Notes: generated by a model not told the origin, from the sequence alone. Counted from the stretch's first letter, positions 13,801 through 22,424 are shown. The stretch is DNA of 25,588 nt from Azolla caroliniana (GCA_043228905.1 JBHGNT010000438.1:1-25588); one strand, 5' to 3'. A program made the numbers and translations.

Positions 13801-16800
13801 GCAGATCGCCATGTAAAAAGGCGGTCTTCACATCCATCTGTATGAGCTCCATATCTTCAGCTGCAACTAAGCCCAAAATGATTCTTAATGTAGTCATCTT
13901 GACTACAGGCGAGAACTCATCAAAATCAACACCATATTCCTGCTTGTATCCTTTTGCAACCAATCTTGCTTTGTTCTTTGGCGAGGAATCAGAAATGACC
14001 TTCATTTTGTAAACCCATTTGCATGGAAGTGTTTTCTGCCCTTTAGGAAACTGCACCAAATCCCAAGTGTCATTTTTCTCAAAAGATTCCATCTCTGACA
14101 ACATGGCTTTATACCATTTCTTATTGTCCTGTCTGTCCATTGCTTTCTTGAAGCAAGTCGGTTCACCACAATCAGTTACCATGACATAATCAGCCACACT
14201 GTTTGCATCAGGAACAAATCTGTCAGGCTTTCTAGTAACTCTAGACGATCTCCTAACCCAACACTCATTGTTTGGTAGCTGTTGAGCCTGCAAATCATCA
14301 TTTTCAACTTGTTGTCCAGGCATTTCAGCCTGTGAATCAGCATTAACAGCTTGCTGTTCTAGCCGTTCCTGCACATTTGGTGGCTCAACATTATTGGCAA
14401 AGGCTGGCTGATCATTTCCAACCTCATTTTCTGCATTTGCAGGTAAGTTTACAGCAGGTGTTTGCTGCTGTACAGCGGGCACACTTTTCTGTCTAAAGGG
14501 TATTTCTTCTCGGAATACAACCCTCCGTACTTCCTCGGTCTTTTCGGGTTGTTTATGCATGCGATTTTCCCGGAAGATAACATCATTGCTGCGTACTATT
14601 TTTCTTTTCTCGGGATCCCACAATCTATACCCCATTTCACCCTCGTCACCGTATCCTAGGAAAATACATTTGCAGGACTTTGGCTCAAGTTTGTTGCGTT
14701 CTTCTTTACGAATGTGCACAAAAGCCTCACAGCCAAACACTCTCAAGTGAGCATATGAAGGTGGCTTGCCCGGCCATGCTTCTTGGGGTATTCCCCCTCC
14801 CAAAGACCTGTTAGGTGACTGATTAATCAAGTGAACAGCTGTCATAACAGCCTCTGCCCAAAAACCATGGGGTAACGCAGCATGAGACAGCATAGTACGA
14901 ACCTTATCTTGAATGGTCCGATTCATACGCTCTGCAACTCCATTTTGGGGTGGATTATAAGGGGCAGTGAATTCCCTCTTTATCCCTTTGCTGTCACAAA
15001 ATGCTTGAAAGGCCTTGGACACATATTCCCCACCATTGTTAGAGCGAAGACACTTAAGTGTCTTATCAATTTGATTCTCAACTAATGCCAAAAATGTTCG
15101 AAACTTGTCGAGCACTTCATCCTTGCTACGAATAGAGTAAACCCATACCTTCCGTTTAGCATCATCGACAAAAGTGACTAAGTATTTCTTTCCCCCTAAT
15201 GATAGCCTTGGCATCTGACATACATCTGAATGTACTAACTCAAGCGGGGACGACTTCAACAAAAGAGACTTTTTATGAGAAGTTTGTATATGTTTACCAT
15301 AAATGCAATGATTACAATGTTCAAAATCAGCATAACGAAGACATGGTAAGTAACCCAAACGAGACATAACTAATGAGTTACATATTCCCCATGACTATGA
15401 GTCTTCACATTCCCCAAGAGAGAGTGGTTGTTGTAGTTAATGAAGAGAGAGGGTGACTATATATAAAGCACCCTCCTCATACTTCATATTAAGTCGGTTG
15501 TGACTCCATGTAATGCTACATTTTTGTATCTCTTATTCTACTTGTGAATATACATCTTCTTCTTGAGTATTTCATTGTGTTCTTATCTATCTATCTTGTG
15601 TTTTCTCTTCTCTCCTCTATTTCCTCTCACACATACACATAACACATATCTCTTCTGCTGCACAAGAATCATACCCGATTCTTTACATGGTATCATAGCG
15701 GTTTGGTAGCTCGATCTAGCCCATCCGCGTGTGTTGTATTCTATGCCGACATTCGAGAGGAACTGGTCCATCGGTATCGTAGTGCGACTACATAGCTCGT
15801 ATTCAAGAGAGAAGGAAAAGAAAAGAAGGAAGAAATCTTCATCGACAATGAATACTCAAATGGGGAGCGTTCTCCCTAACGAGAAGCTAGATCGAAACAA
15901 CTTTGCATCTTGGGAGTACAAGATGCACCAATACCTTGTCGGCCAAGGCTATTGGGGTTACATCAAAGGAGCACAAGAAAACCGACCCGACTCGAAAGAC
16001 GCCGACGATGACATGGGAGCAAGCGGCAAGCCGAGTGATGTATTGCTTGGTGACATGTGTTCATGACCACATGCTCGGGTACATTTGAGAACCCGAGACG
16101 CCAAAGAAAGCGTGGGAGAATCTACAAAAGATTTTCGCCGCCAACACAACGGCGAGAAAGCTTCAACTCTGCCAAGAGTTGAACAACATCTAACAAAGGG
16201 ATATGTCCATCACGAGCTACACCTTGACGATCAAGGAGCTTTGCGACTCTCTCGGCTCGATAAGCGTCAATGTGGACGATGATGAGATGGTGCAAATATG
16301 CCTCGGCGGCCTTGCACCACGGTTTGGTGCGATGAGGACCGTCGTGTTAGCACGGGAGAATCCACCCTCCTTCGATCTTCAATCCATGTTGTTGGTCGAA
16401 GAAAACCATGTTCAAACAAGGAGCAACACCTCAGAAGGCCACATGCTTTACTCACACTCGGACGGAGGAAGAGGACGTGGCCGTGCAAGAAGAGGCCGAT
16501 TCGGCCAAGGACGAGGTGAACGAGTCCAGAATTACGAAAACAACTCGCAATTTCGGCATCAAGACGGAAGCCATCAAGGAAGGAGGAGCTTGTGTTCCGG
16601 TCCAAGCGGACAAAACTTGGTCGAATGCGGATATTGCGGAAAAATCAGTCACCACGAAGAAGAGTGCCGTAAGAAGATATGCGAGTCGGCTTCCACAATT
16701 CGGCAAGCAACATCGACACCCATTTTTGAATGAGCAGAAGACGTATTCGACGTAATTCATTCCGATGTATGGGGTCCGGCTCATACGGCTACATTCGGCG

Positions 16801-19800
16801 GATGCCGATACTACGTGGCCTCCATCAACAACTTCTCCAGGCACACCTGGATCTACCCCATGCGGCAAAAGAGCGAAGTGTTCGGGCACTTCCAAAAATT
16901 TAAGAATGATGTCGAGAAAGCCACGGGCCGACATGTACGATGTCTTCGGTCGGATGGAGGCAAGGAGTACTTCTTTGATGAATTTTTGGCTTTTCTACGG
17001 AAAGAAAGAATTCTACGAGAGTTTTCGTGTCGACATACGCCACAACAAAACGAAGTCGCCGAACGAAAGAATTGGCACATCCTGGAAGTAGCACGGGCCA
17101 TGATGAACGAAAAGCATCTACCAAAATCGTATTGGGCAGAAGCGGCTAACATGGCTGTATACCTCATGAATCGGTGTACGACATCGGGTGTGCACGAACT
17201 TACTCCGCACGAGAATTTTTTCGGAAAGAAGCCGGATCTATCACATGTTCGGATATTCCGCTCCATTCCATACGTGCACATAAGTCGGAGAAATGTATCC
17301 TTGTAGGATACTCACTGGAGCAAAAGGGGTATAATTGCTATAACCCCTCTACTCGGAAGGGTCAAGTAAGTCGAGACGTCGTTTTCGACGAGTCCGCATC
17401 TTGGTACGCACTAGGGACAACTTCGACTCTGATTCCGCCCAACCTGGAATCCCCCGAAATAGAGATAGAAGCCGAAGATCGGCTCACGTGCATGTACGAA
17501 GAAAGCCCGATTATGACAAGGCTTAGAGGGCCACAAGAGCCTCTGAGTAATCAAAGCACATCTCTTGGTCGAGTCCGAAGCTGGACAAAGGGAAGGTGAA
17601 AATGCCGGAGTATGAAGATGATCACTTCGACGACAACGAATTGACTCACTCCCTCGATAGTGAGTTCAAAGGCCTTGACATCCGGACAAATGGAGCGAAG
17701 AAAGCCTTAGTATCCGCAAACGAGAAGCTCTGCCAATCCACCCGTGAAAAGAACCCCGTAAGCTGATTCGGCTACAACAATTATATGGCGTACCATTACG
17801 CCTTTATGATGAAGGCAGCAACAGTACGGGTGCCGGAAACCTTTTCTGAAGCTGCGAAGGACCCACGATGGATCGAAGCAATGAACGAGCAGATGCGTGC
17901 ACTATGCAAGAACGAGACATGGGATCTCGTCCCCCAGTCACCGCACAAGAAGGCAATTGGCTGCAGATGGATCTACAAGGTGAAGTATAACGCCGAATGC
18001 TCCGCTCAACTCGTAACAAAAGGATACGCACGGACGCATGGAGTCGACTGCGAAGAGATATTTGCCCCGTTGGCAAAGATGACGACTGTGCGGACCATGA
18101 TCGCACTCGCAACGACGAAAGGGTGGCACCTCCACCTAATGGATGTCAAGAACGCTTTTCTTCAAGGCGAATTAGAAGAGGAGGTGTGCATGGTACAACC
18201 ACCCGGCTTCGAATCGCGTACTCATCTGAAAGCCGTGTGTCGACTCAAGAAGCTACTCTACAGCCTTAAGCAAGCACTGCATGCTTGGCATTCGAAGATT
18301 ATGCAATATCTTCATCAAATCGGCTTTCGAATGTCGAAATCTGACAACTCCCTCTACGTATGAAACGACTCTAGAAGCTCGATTGTCATCATCCTATACG
18401 TGGATGATCTGGTTATTGGAGGTAAGCATTTAGTCGACATCAACAAGGTCAAGTCCCTCCTCTCCGGCAAATTCGAGATGACGGACATGAAGGAGATCCA
18501 TTACTTCCTTGGAATCGAAGTAATTCGGATTCTGACCGGCATTGTGATCTCTCAACGGCACTACATGTTGGACTTCTGAACTATGGCATACTCGGTTCTG
18601 CGATTTATATTTCAGCAGACTTGCACAGCTTAGTAAGCATGATATGTTATGCAATCTTCCTTCCATTCATATGCCATATATCCATGTTTGTGAGGGCTGT
18701 ATTCTAGGAAAGATGCACAGGTTTTCATTTCCAAAATTTGCAAATGTTTTGGCAACACACAAGCTTCAACTTGTACATAGTGATGTATGGGGCCCAATGA
18801 GAAAGACACCATCAACTGGAGGTTATCTTTATTTTCCTACATTCATTGATGATGCTACCAAACACACTTGGGTATATCCTTTAAAGGAGAAATCCAATGT
18901 CTTTTCATGCTTCAAAGAATTCTTACACTTTGCTAAGGTGATCGACTAACCCAACCTCATGGAGGTAATGTGCAGGTTTTGCGTCAGCAACAGCATGCTC
19001 CAAACAGAGATTTAGAGCAGCCAAACGATGCTCAAATTGATTGCTTGCAATGCCGAATGTGGTTGAAATGAGCAACCAAACATTATTGATAATAATGCTG
19101 ATTTACAGGTCATTAATCAACATGATGTTGACATGGAATTGGAGGGAGAACAAGCCTCTTCTAAGCAAGCAAGAACAGTCCCTAATGACTAAATGGCTGT
19201 TTAACACCACTATGGACAGCAAACTCACATCTCCTCTTCGAGGCAAAACCCGGTCAACCAATTAGCAAGCTGAACTGCATTTTTTGCATCATGCTGTTAT
19301 TGCTGAAATTTCTATGATGAAGAGCCACTCTCTTTTGCGGATGCATTAGCATGTGACCATTGGGTTGAAACCATGAAATCAGAACTCGAGTCCATCTACA
19401 AGAACAACACTTGGGAGTTATGTGATCTACCTAAAGGTAGAAAAGCAATTGCCACCAAATGTTGTTCTTGTAGATGGACTCGAGTTCTGATTTCATAGCT
19501 GGAAACCCAATGGTCACTTAATTAGGTTCACTATGCTGCCATCCTGCATTTTCTACAGTCAGCCTCTGGATGGCTGCTCATATACTATAATTTCAAACTC
19601 CTGTAAAGATTCACCGGCATGACCCCTTGGGTGAAGAAACTGTCTTTCAGCTCCTATGGAGACATACCGATTATTGAAACACAATCTAGAGCCTTGAACA
19701 TTGCATGAAAAAACCACAATTCAGCCCTACTAGTGGCTCAACAAAATTAATCAGATGGCTTTCCAACGTGATCTGGATGTCCTCTCAGTCTAGTGGTTGA

Positions 19801-20959
19801 AGTATAGATAGTTGAGCTATCACCCACAGGGTAATCATTGCAGGACTGGTTCATCTTGTTGTTCCCTTTGGGGGACCAAAATATCACTCTGGGCAAACTC
19901 TGATCAAGTTCCAGCGACTGAAGCTTGATTCAGATTTCAATTCTTCTAGCGATCTTGAATTCAATTCAAGACAACACCACAAAGAGATTTCCTTGGTTCC
20001 AAGAGCTCTCTCTATTTGAGACCAGCTGATGTTGGAAAATTTAGCAAGTAGTTTGGTTACCTAAGCTCATATTATTGTATTGTCGGGTCATGTAAAATAT
20101 ATATCTTTTCCTCAAAGATCCTTTCATTAGATGTGTAATTTAATATATTCTCTTCTTGGGCCTCATAGGCCATTCCAGTCTCTTCAAGATGTCAAATATA
20201 TCCTTATTCCCTGTTTCCCAAACCTCTTGTACCTCTGATTGCATCAAGGTTAGTGTATTTAGAGCTAACTCAACTCGTGTGACTTATGACTGAGAAAGTT
20301 TTCTAAGAATTAAACAGTATATAAATGATGAATAAGAACTTACATGAAAAAGTTCATTAAGTTGTTGTGGAAAGGATATTTGTCATCATTGCCATTTAAG
20401 AGAGACTATGTAGATACCATATGAAAAAGCTCATTAAGTTGTTATGAAAGAGTGATTGTAAATCACTGCCATTAAAAAGAAAGAGTGTTGATACCAAATT
20501 AGAACTACGTACAAAATTGAGTTTTAACACGTTATAATCACTGTTGTGTCTTGCAGTTTAAAAGAAGGCAAGTACTTTTGCTTTTGTATGTCACAAGGGA
20601 TCCATTCTTCAGGAGTTATACGAGGTAACTCTAGTTTTTCCTTATTCTTTGAAGTTTTCTTTTAAAGTGTATTCTAGATATTGTCTTTGAGAACTAGCAT
20701 TTGTTTTCACATTCCTTGAAGGGGTTTTGAAGTGTTGTGTGTTGCACAGACGATATCTTGATGGATTTGAAAGGACCCTCAAGCCAGTGCCTCTGATTGG
20801 AACTTTGGGAGGTGAAATGGAAATCTGTTTTGATAATTGCAAGATATTATGAATGTATAAACTGAGAGTTGAATGCATTTAGTGGCTTCATTTTCAGGCA
20901 AGGTTATAGATTTTCTTACCGATGTCCAATCTCGTTATTGTTATACCTCTGGCTCATAG
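1763..20959 (+). CDS. PEX16: Peroxisome biogenesis protein 16 (PEX16/SSE1-like), 8 coding exons: join(1763..1831,3588..3645,3733..3958,4062..4351,4631..4902,20557..20624,20750..20811,20898..20959), 1107 nt = 368 aa + stop
   Basis: Manual splicing gives one uninterrupted frame with GT-AG introns and consistent phases. The protein reads [115 protein letters not shown], which matches my recollection of plant PEX16 from N- to C-terminus and in length. Confidence 0.95.
2985..3155 (+). mobile_element. Very decayed Ty1/Copia RNase H remnant in intron 1
   Basis: Frameshifted translation gives [26 protein letters not shown], resembling the Copia RNase H end (KHIEVxxH..IPTxxMxADILTKP). Weak. Confidence 0.35.
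3588..3645 (+). CDS. PEX16: PEX16 coding exon 2 ([19 protein letters not shown])
   Basis: Acceptor tgtgcAG ends 3587; donor GTATGT at 3646, phase 1. Too short for the ORF track. Confidence 0.92.
3733..3958 (+). CDS. PEX16: PEX16 coding exon 3
   Basis: Acceptor ttcccAG ends 3732; encodes [40 protein letters not shown]; donor GTAAGG at 3959, phase 2. Confidence 0.92.
4062..4351 (+). CDS. PEX16: PEX16 coding exon 4
   Basis: Acceptor ctcacAG ends 4061; encodes [22 protein letters not shown]..; donor GTAAGT at 4352, phase 1. Confidence 0.9.
4631..4902 (+). CDS. PEX16: PEX16 coding exon 5
   Basis: Acceptor cattAG ends 4630, which is frame-compatible though the exact acceptor is slightly less certain; encodes [32 protein letters not shown]; donor GTGAGT at 4903, phase 0. 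Confidence 0.88.
5304..5984 (-). repeat. 3' LTR of Copia A (~681 bp, TG...CA) with internal 34-bp tandem duplication at ~5828-5903
   Basis: On the minus strand the PPT aggaggagg is followed directly by TGTTGG at 5984, and TATAAATA lies at 5713-5720. The far end is placed at tgttcaa 5304 and is less certain because there is no partner LTR. Confidence 0.7.
5304..7010 (-). mobile_element. Copia A: 3' fragment (degenerate RT-RNase H, PPT, 3' LTR), 5' part missing
   Basis: Minus-strand ORF pieces contain [34 protein letters not shown] and DLFTKPL; the catalytic YVDD is mutated to CVDN; several frameshifts. Confidence 0.9.
7006..7787 (-). mobile_element. Non-LTR retrotransposon (LINE) 3' end: ORF2 C-terminal Cys/His finger, 3' UTR and short repeat tail
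   Basis: Minus translation [40 protein letters not shown] is the C-terminal zinc-finger pattern of LINE ORF2 (RTE-X-like is my best guess). A stem-loop at 7041-7055 and (CTTT)n at 7006-7020 mark the 3' end. Confidence 0.72.
7788..8092 (-). repeat. 3' LTR of Copia B (305 bp) containing a 47-bp tandem repeat x2.7 (7934-8059)
   Basis: TG...CA ends (plus strand tgtagaaaatgc...gtgtaaca); TATATAAA on minus at ~7903-7910; taggtt units start at 7934, 7981 and 8028. The terminus is independently confirmed by its inverted copy at 19541-19557. Confidence 0.85.
7788..11354 (-). mobile_element. Copia B: protease remnant-integrase-RT-RNase H-PPT-3' LTR, frameshifted; gag and 5' LTR missing
   Basis: *YFDS protease site ~11300-11315; ORF 9999-11099 has [20 protein letters not shown] and RTDRGGEY; RT LYVDD at 9073-9084; RNase [16 protein letters not shown]; PPT caggggggtt precedes TGTTAC at 8092. 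Confidence 0.93.
11371..12328. mobile_element. Non-coding AT-rich insertion, probable non-autonomous DNA transposon (superfamily unresolved)
   Basis: TATTCG motifs cluster at the left end (11382, 11391, 11407, 11416) and ATTCG/CGAAT motifs at the right end (12277-12307). There is an internal tandem array and no ORF. No clean TIR or TSD was found. Confidence 0.5.
11455..12170. repeat. Tandem array of ~148-bp AT-rich units, about 4.5-5 copies
   Basis: The anchor acatctatta and its variants recur at 11501, 11650, 11797, 11936 and 12094 (periods 149, 147, 139, 158); shared core ccccttattaatgtcagataaaaatatcaaatttggtggga. Confidence 0.92.
12329..12533 (-). repeat. 3' LTR of Copia C; the last ~16 bp probably lie at 11355-11370 on the other side of the AT-rich insertion
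   Basis: Starts TGTTGG after the PPT. Removing 11371-12328 gives a plausible minus-strand end ..aaaccctaatcc|tcaatctatgcataCA (inference). Confidence 0.6.
12329..15373 (-). mobile_element. Copia C (Tnt1-like pol): integrase-RT-RNase H nearly intact, PPT and 3' LTR; 5' part missing
   Basis: ORFs 13481-15367 ([32 protein letters not shown]) and 12640-13509 ([24 protein letters not shown]) are separated by one frameshift at ~13500. A premature TAG lies 6 codons before the likely natural stop at 12622. PPT aggtgggagg-t precedes TGTTGG at 12533. Confidence 0.95.
15374..15687 (+). repeat. 5' LTR of Copia D (~314 bp) with TATA box
   Basis: TG at 15374, where Copia C coding similarity stops; TATATATAAA at 15458-15467; ends ctttaCA immediately before the PBS. 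Confidence 0.8.
15688..15699 (+). promoter_or_regulatory. Primer binding site (tRNA-iMet) of Copia D
   Basis: TGGTATCATAGC, one mismatch from the canonical TGGTATCAGAGC, directly after the LTR CA. Confidence 0.9.
18574..19557 (+). mobile_element. Copia B': second, heavily deleted copy of family B in opposite orientation
   Basis: 18574-18934 matches the reverse complement of ~10570-10926, and 18935-19434 matches the reverse complement of ~9531-10013 (9 mismatches in the first 78 nt by eye). It ends with the B LTR terminus atcc-tgcattttctaCA at 19541-19557. Confidence 0.92.
19353..19517. repeat. Local inverted repeat (hairpin): 37-bp perfect stem plus 14-bp perfect stem, 50-nt loop
   Basis: 19373-19409 is the exact reverse complement of 19460-19496, and 19353-19366 of 19504-19517. 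Confidence 0.95.
20344..20496. repeat. Degenerate 77-bp tandem duplication near the 3' end of intron 5
   Basis: atgaaaaagYtcattaagttgtt..tgccatt..gatacca starts at 20344 and again at 20421. Confidence 0.8.
20557..20624 (+). CDS. PEX16: PEX16 coding exon 6 ([23 protein letters not shown])
   Basis: Acceptor tcttgcAG ends 20556; conserved RDPFF motif; donor GTAACT at 20625, phase 2. Confidence 0.92.
20750..20811 (+). CDS. PEX16: PEX16 coding exon 7 ([20 protein letters not shown])
   Basis: Acceptor gcacAG ends 20749; donor GTGAAA at 20812, phase 1. Confidence 0.9.
20898..20959 (+). CDS. PEX16: PEX16 coding exon 8 ([20 protein letters not shown])
   Basis: Acceptor ttttcAG ends 20897; PEX16-type C-terminus QSRYxYxSGS; TAG at 20957-20959. 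Confidence 0.92.
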
Positions 20960-21387
20960 TTTGAACTTCAATATAGGTGCAAAGGTAAGACACGTCAATT
21001 AACCTTCTAAAGAACATGCAAAGCAAGAATAAGGATGATCATCAATCCATTGCTTACTTGTGAAGTTTTATGAGTTGCAGGATCTTCATGACGTTCTTCT
21101 GAATGAGGCGGCTAAAGAAATTCGATCAAATTTGATACTACCTTTCAAATTCAATGCGAAGGCTTCTCTATGCCTACCTCTGTCTCACTCTCTTTCTCTA
21201 TCGCCTTCTTGTAGATTGGTATCAAAGATATATAACATGTGATAAATTTACTTTCTGAGAAATGTGTAAATTGAAAAAAGTCTATTCATTTAAATCCCCA
21301 GCGTACTCATATAATCCTCACATGCTGTCTTCAATATATATCATCTATGTTCTATTCATTTATTTATTATCTAAAATATATCAAAAA

Positions 21388-22423
21388 TGTGCCCTAGGAA
21401 AACATTCTTTTTCTTGACCCATGTATGCTCAAATCATGAAAGTTTAGCTAACTCATGATAAGAAGACCAATCTTGTATTACGGACGGGATGTGCAAACTA
21501 TTCATTCTTATACAGTTGGATGGTTGAAATATGAATCCACCCAATCTTGATAATTGTAGCTGTTTTGTGGTTTCAAACTGTTTGATGACCTTGATATGAA
21601 TGCTAAATAGGTAACATGTTATTGAATAAAAATTCCTAGTTGATTTGGTCACCTTCTAAGTTTGTAAATTCCTCCAATGTGGCATGTATTGTAGTGTTTA
21701 GGTCAGTTTCTAATGTCACCTAGAAGGCATCTTGGTGGTTTTGGATGTCTTGCTGGAATGCAATTATTGGAAAATGCTCTGCAATCAAAGGATTACCAAG
21801 CTTGAGGCAAGCTTGAATTGAAGAAATGTTGAGAATCCATCAGAAAATGGTGAAACCACATCACTAATGGTGATATATCTTCGTGATCAATCCGTCACAA
21901 AATGGTGCTGAGAAACCATCAGAAGGATGGTCTCTTTTAAACCTCATCATACGACGATAGCAGAAAAACTCCAGCACAAGATGATGGCGAGAAACCCATC
22001 ACCCAGAAACCAAATTGGAGTTCTTCAGTATCTAAAAAATCTAATTAAAAAAAGGGAATTTTGGATTTTTCGTTTTCACTTTTCATTATTCTACAATGCA
22101 GAAAAGGAAGGATGCTGAATCAGAGACCTGAAAAAGAATGGAAAATGATCAATTGATTTTTCTTAGTTGGGGCAGTTCGGTTGGTTGTTTGAATGATGCT
22201 CAAGGAAAAACAATGCAACTACAATTTGATGCACAAATTTGTATATGGTTTTATTTTATTTCCATCCAGGAAAGCCCAATGCAACTGTCATTTCATTCCT
22301 AAAACTCTGCAGATTTCCTTGATACCCATTAAGGAAAAGCCACTGGAACTATCATTTGATGCCAAAAATTGTACACGCTTTCCTTGATTCCCAAACATTT
22401 ATAAGCCCTAGACATCCCCCTCC
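21388..22423 (-). mobile_element. Probable minus-strand 3' LTR plus PPT of another LTR element, cut right next to the PPT
   Basis: The minus strand reads ggaggggga-TGTCTAGGG (PPT 22415-22423, LTR start 22414). The far boundary at tgtgcc 21388 is a guess; there is no coding remnant or partner LTR. Confidence 0.45.
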
Positions 22424-22424
22424 A

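Larger units (their letters stand above)
15374..18578 (+). mobile_element. Copia D: 5' LTR-PBS-gag-(protease deleted)-integrase-partial RT, truncated just after YVDD
   Basis: Gag [26 protein letters not shown] from 15849; zinc knuckle [14 protein letters not shown] ~16626-16667; [30 protein letters not shown] at 18397-18408; many frameshifts. Confidence 0.93.
4903..20556 (+). other. PEX16 intron 5, 15,654 bp, filled with transposons
   Basis: GTGAGT...TTGCAG joins exon 5 (EEVQE) to exon 6 (FKRR) in frame. The other introns are 1756, 87, 103, 279, 125 and 86 bp. Confidence 0.9.

Noticed and set aside
16267-17281. Several 100-160 aa alternative-frame and antisense ORFs
   Set aside because: Expected in the GC-rich Copia D sequence; no independent motifs.
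18574-19434. B' as an assembly artefact or very recent inverted duplication of B
   Set aside because: About 10% divergence and reciprocal private deletions argue for separately evolved copies.
19558-20246. Possible further decayed Copia RNase H plus short LTR (tgttgg at ~20031 to gcatca at ~20246)
   Set aside because: Only faint similarity (QSRALNIA), with no PPT or partner LTR; too weak to annotate.
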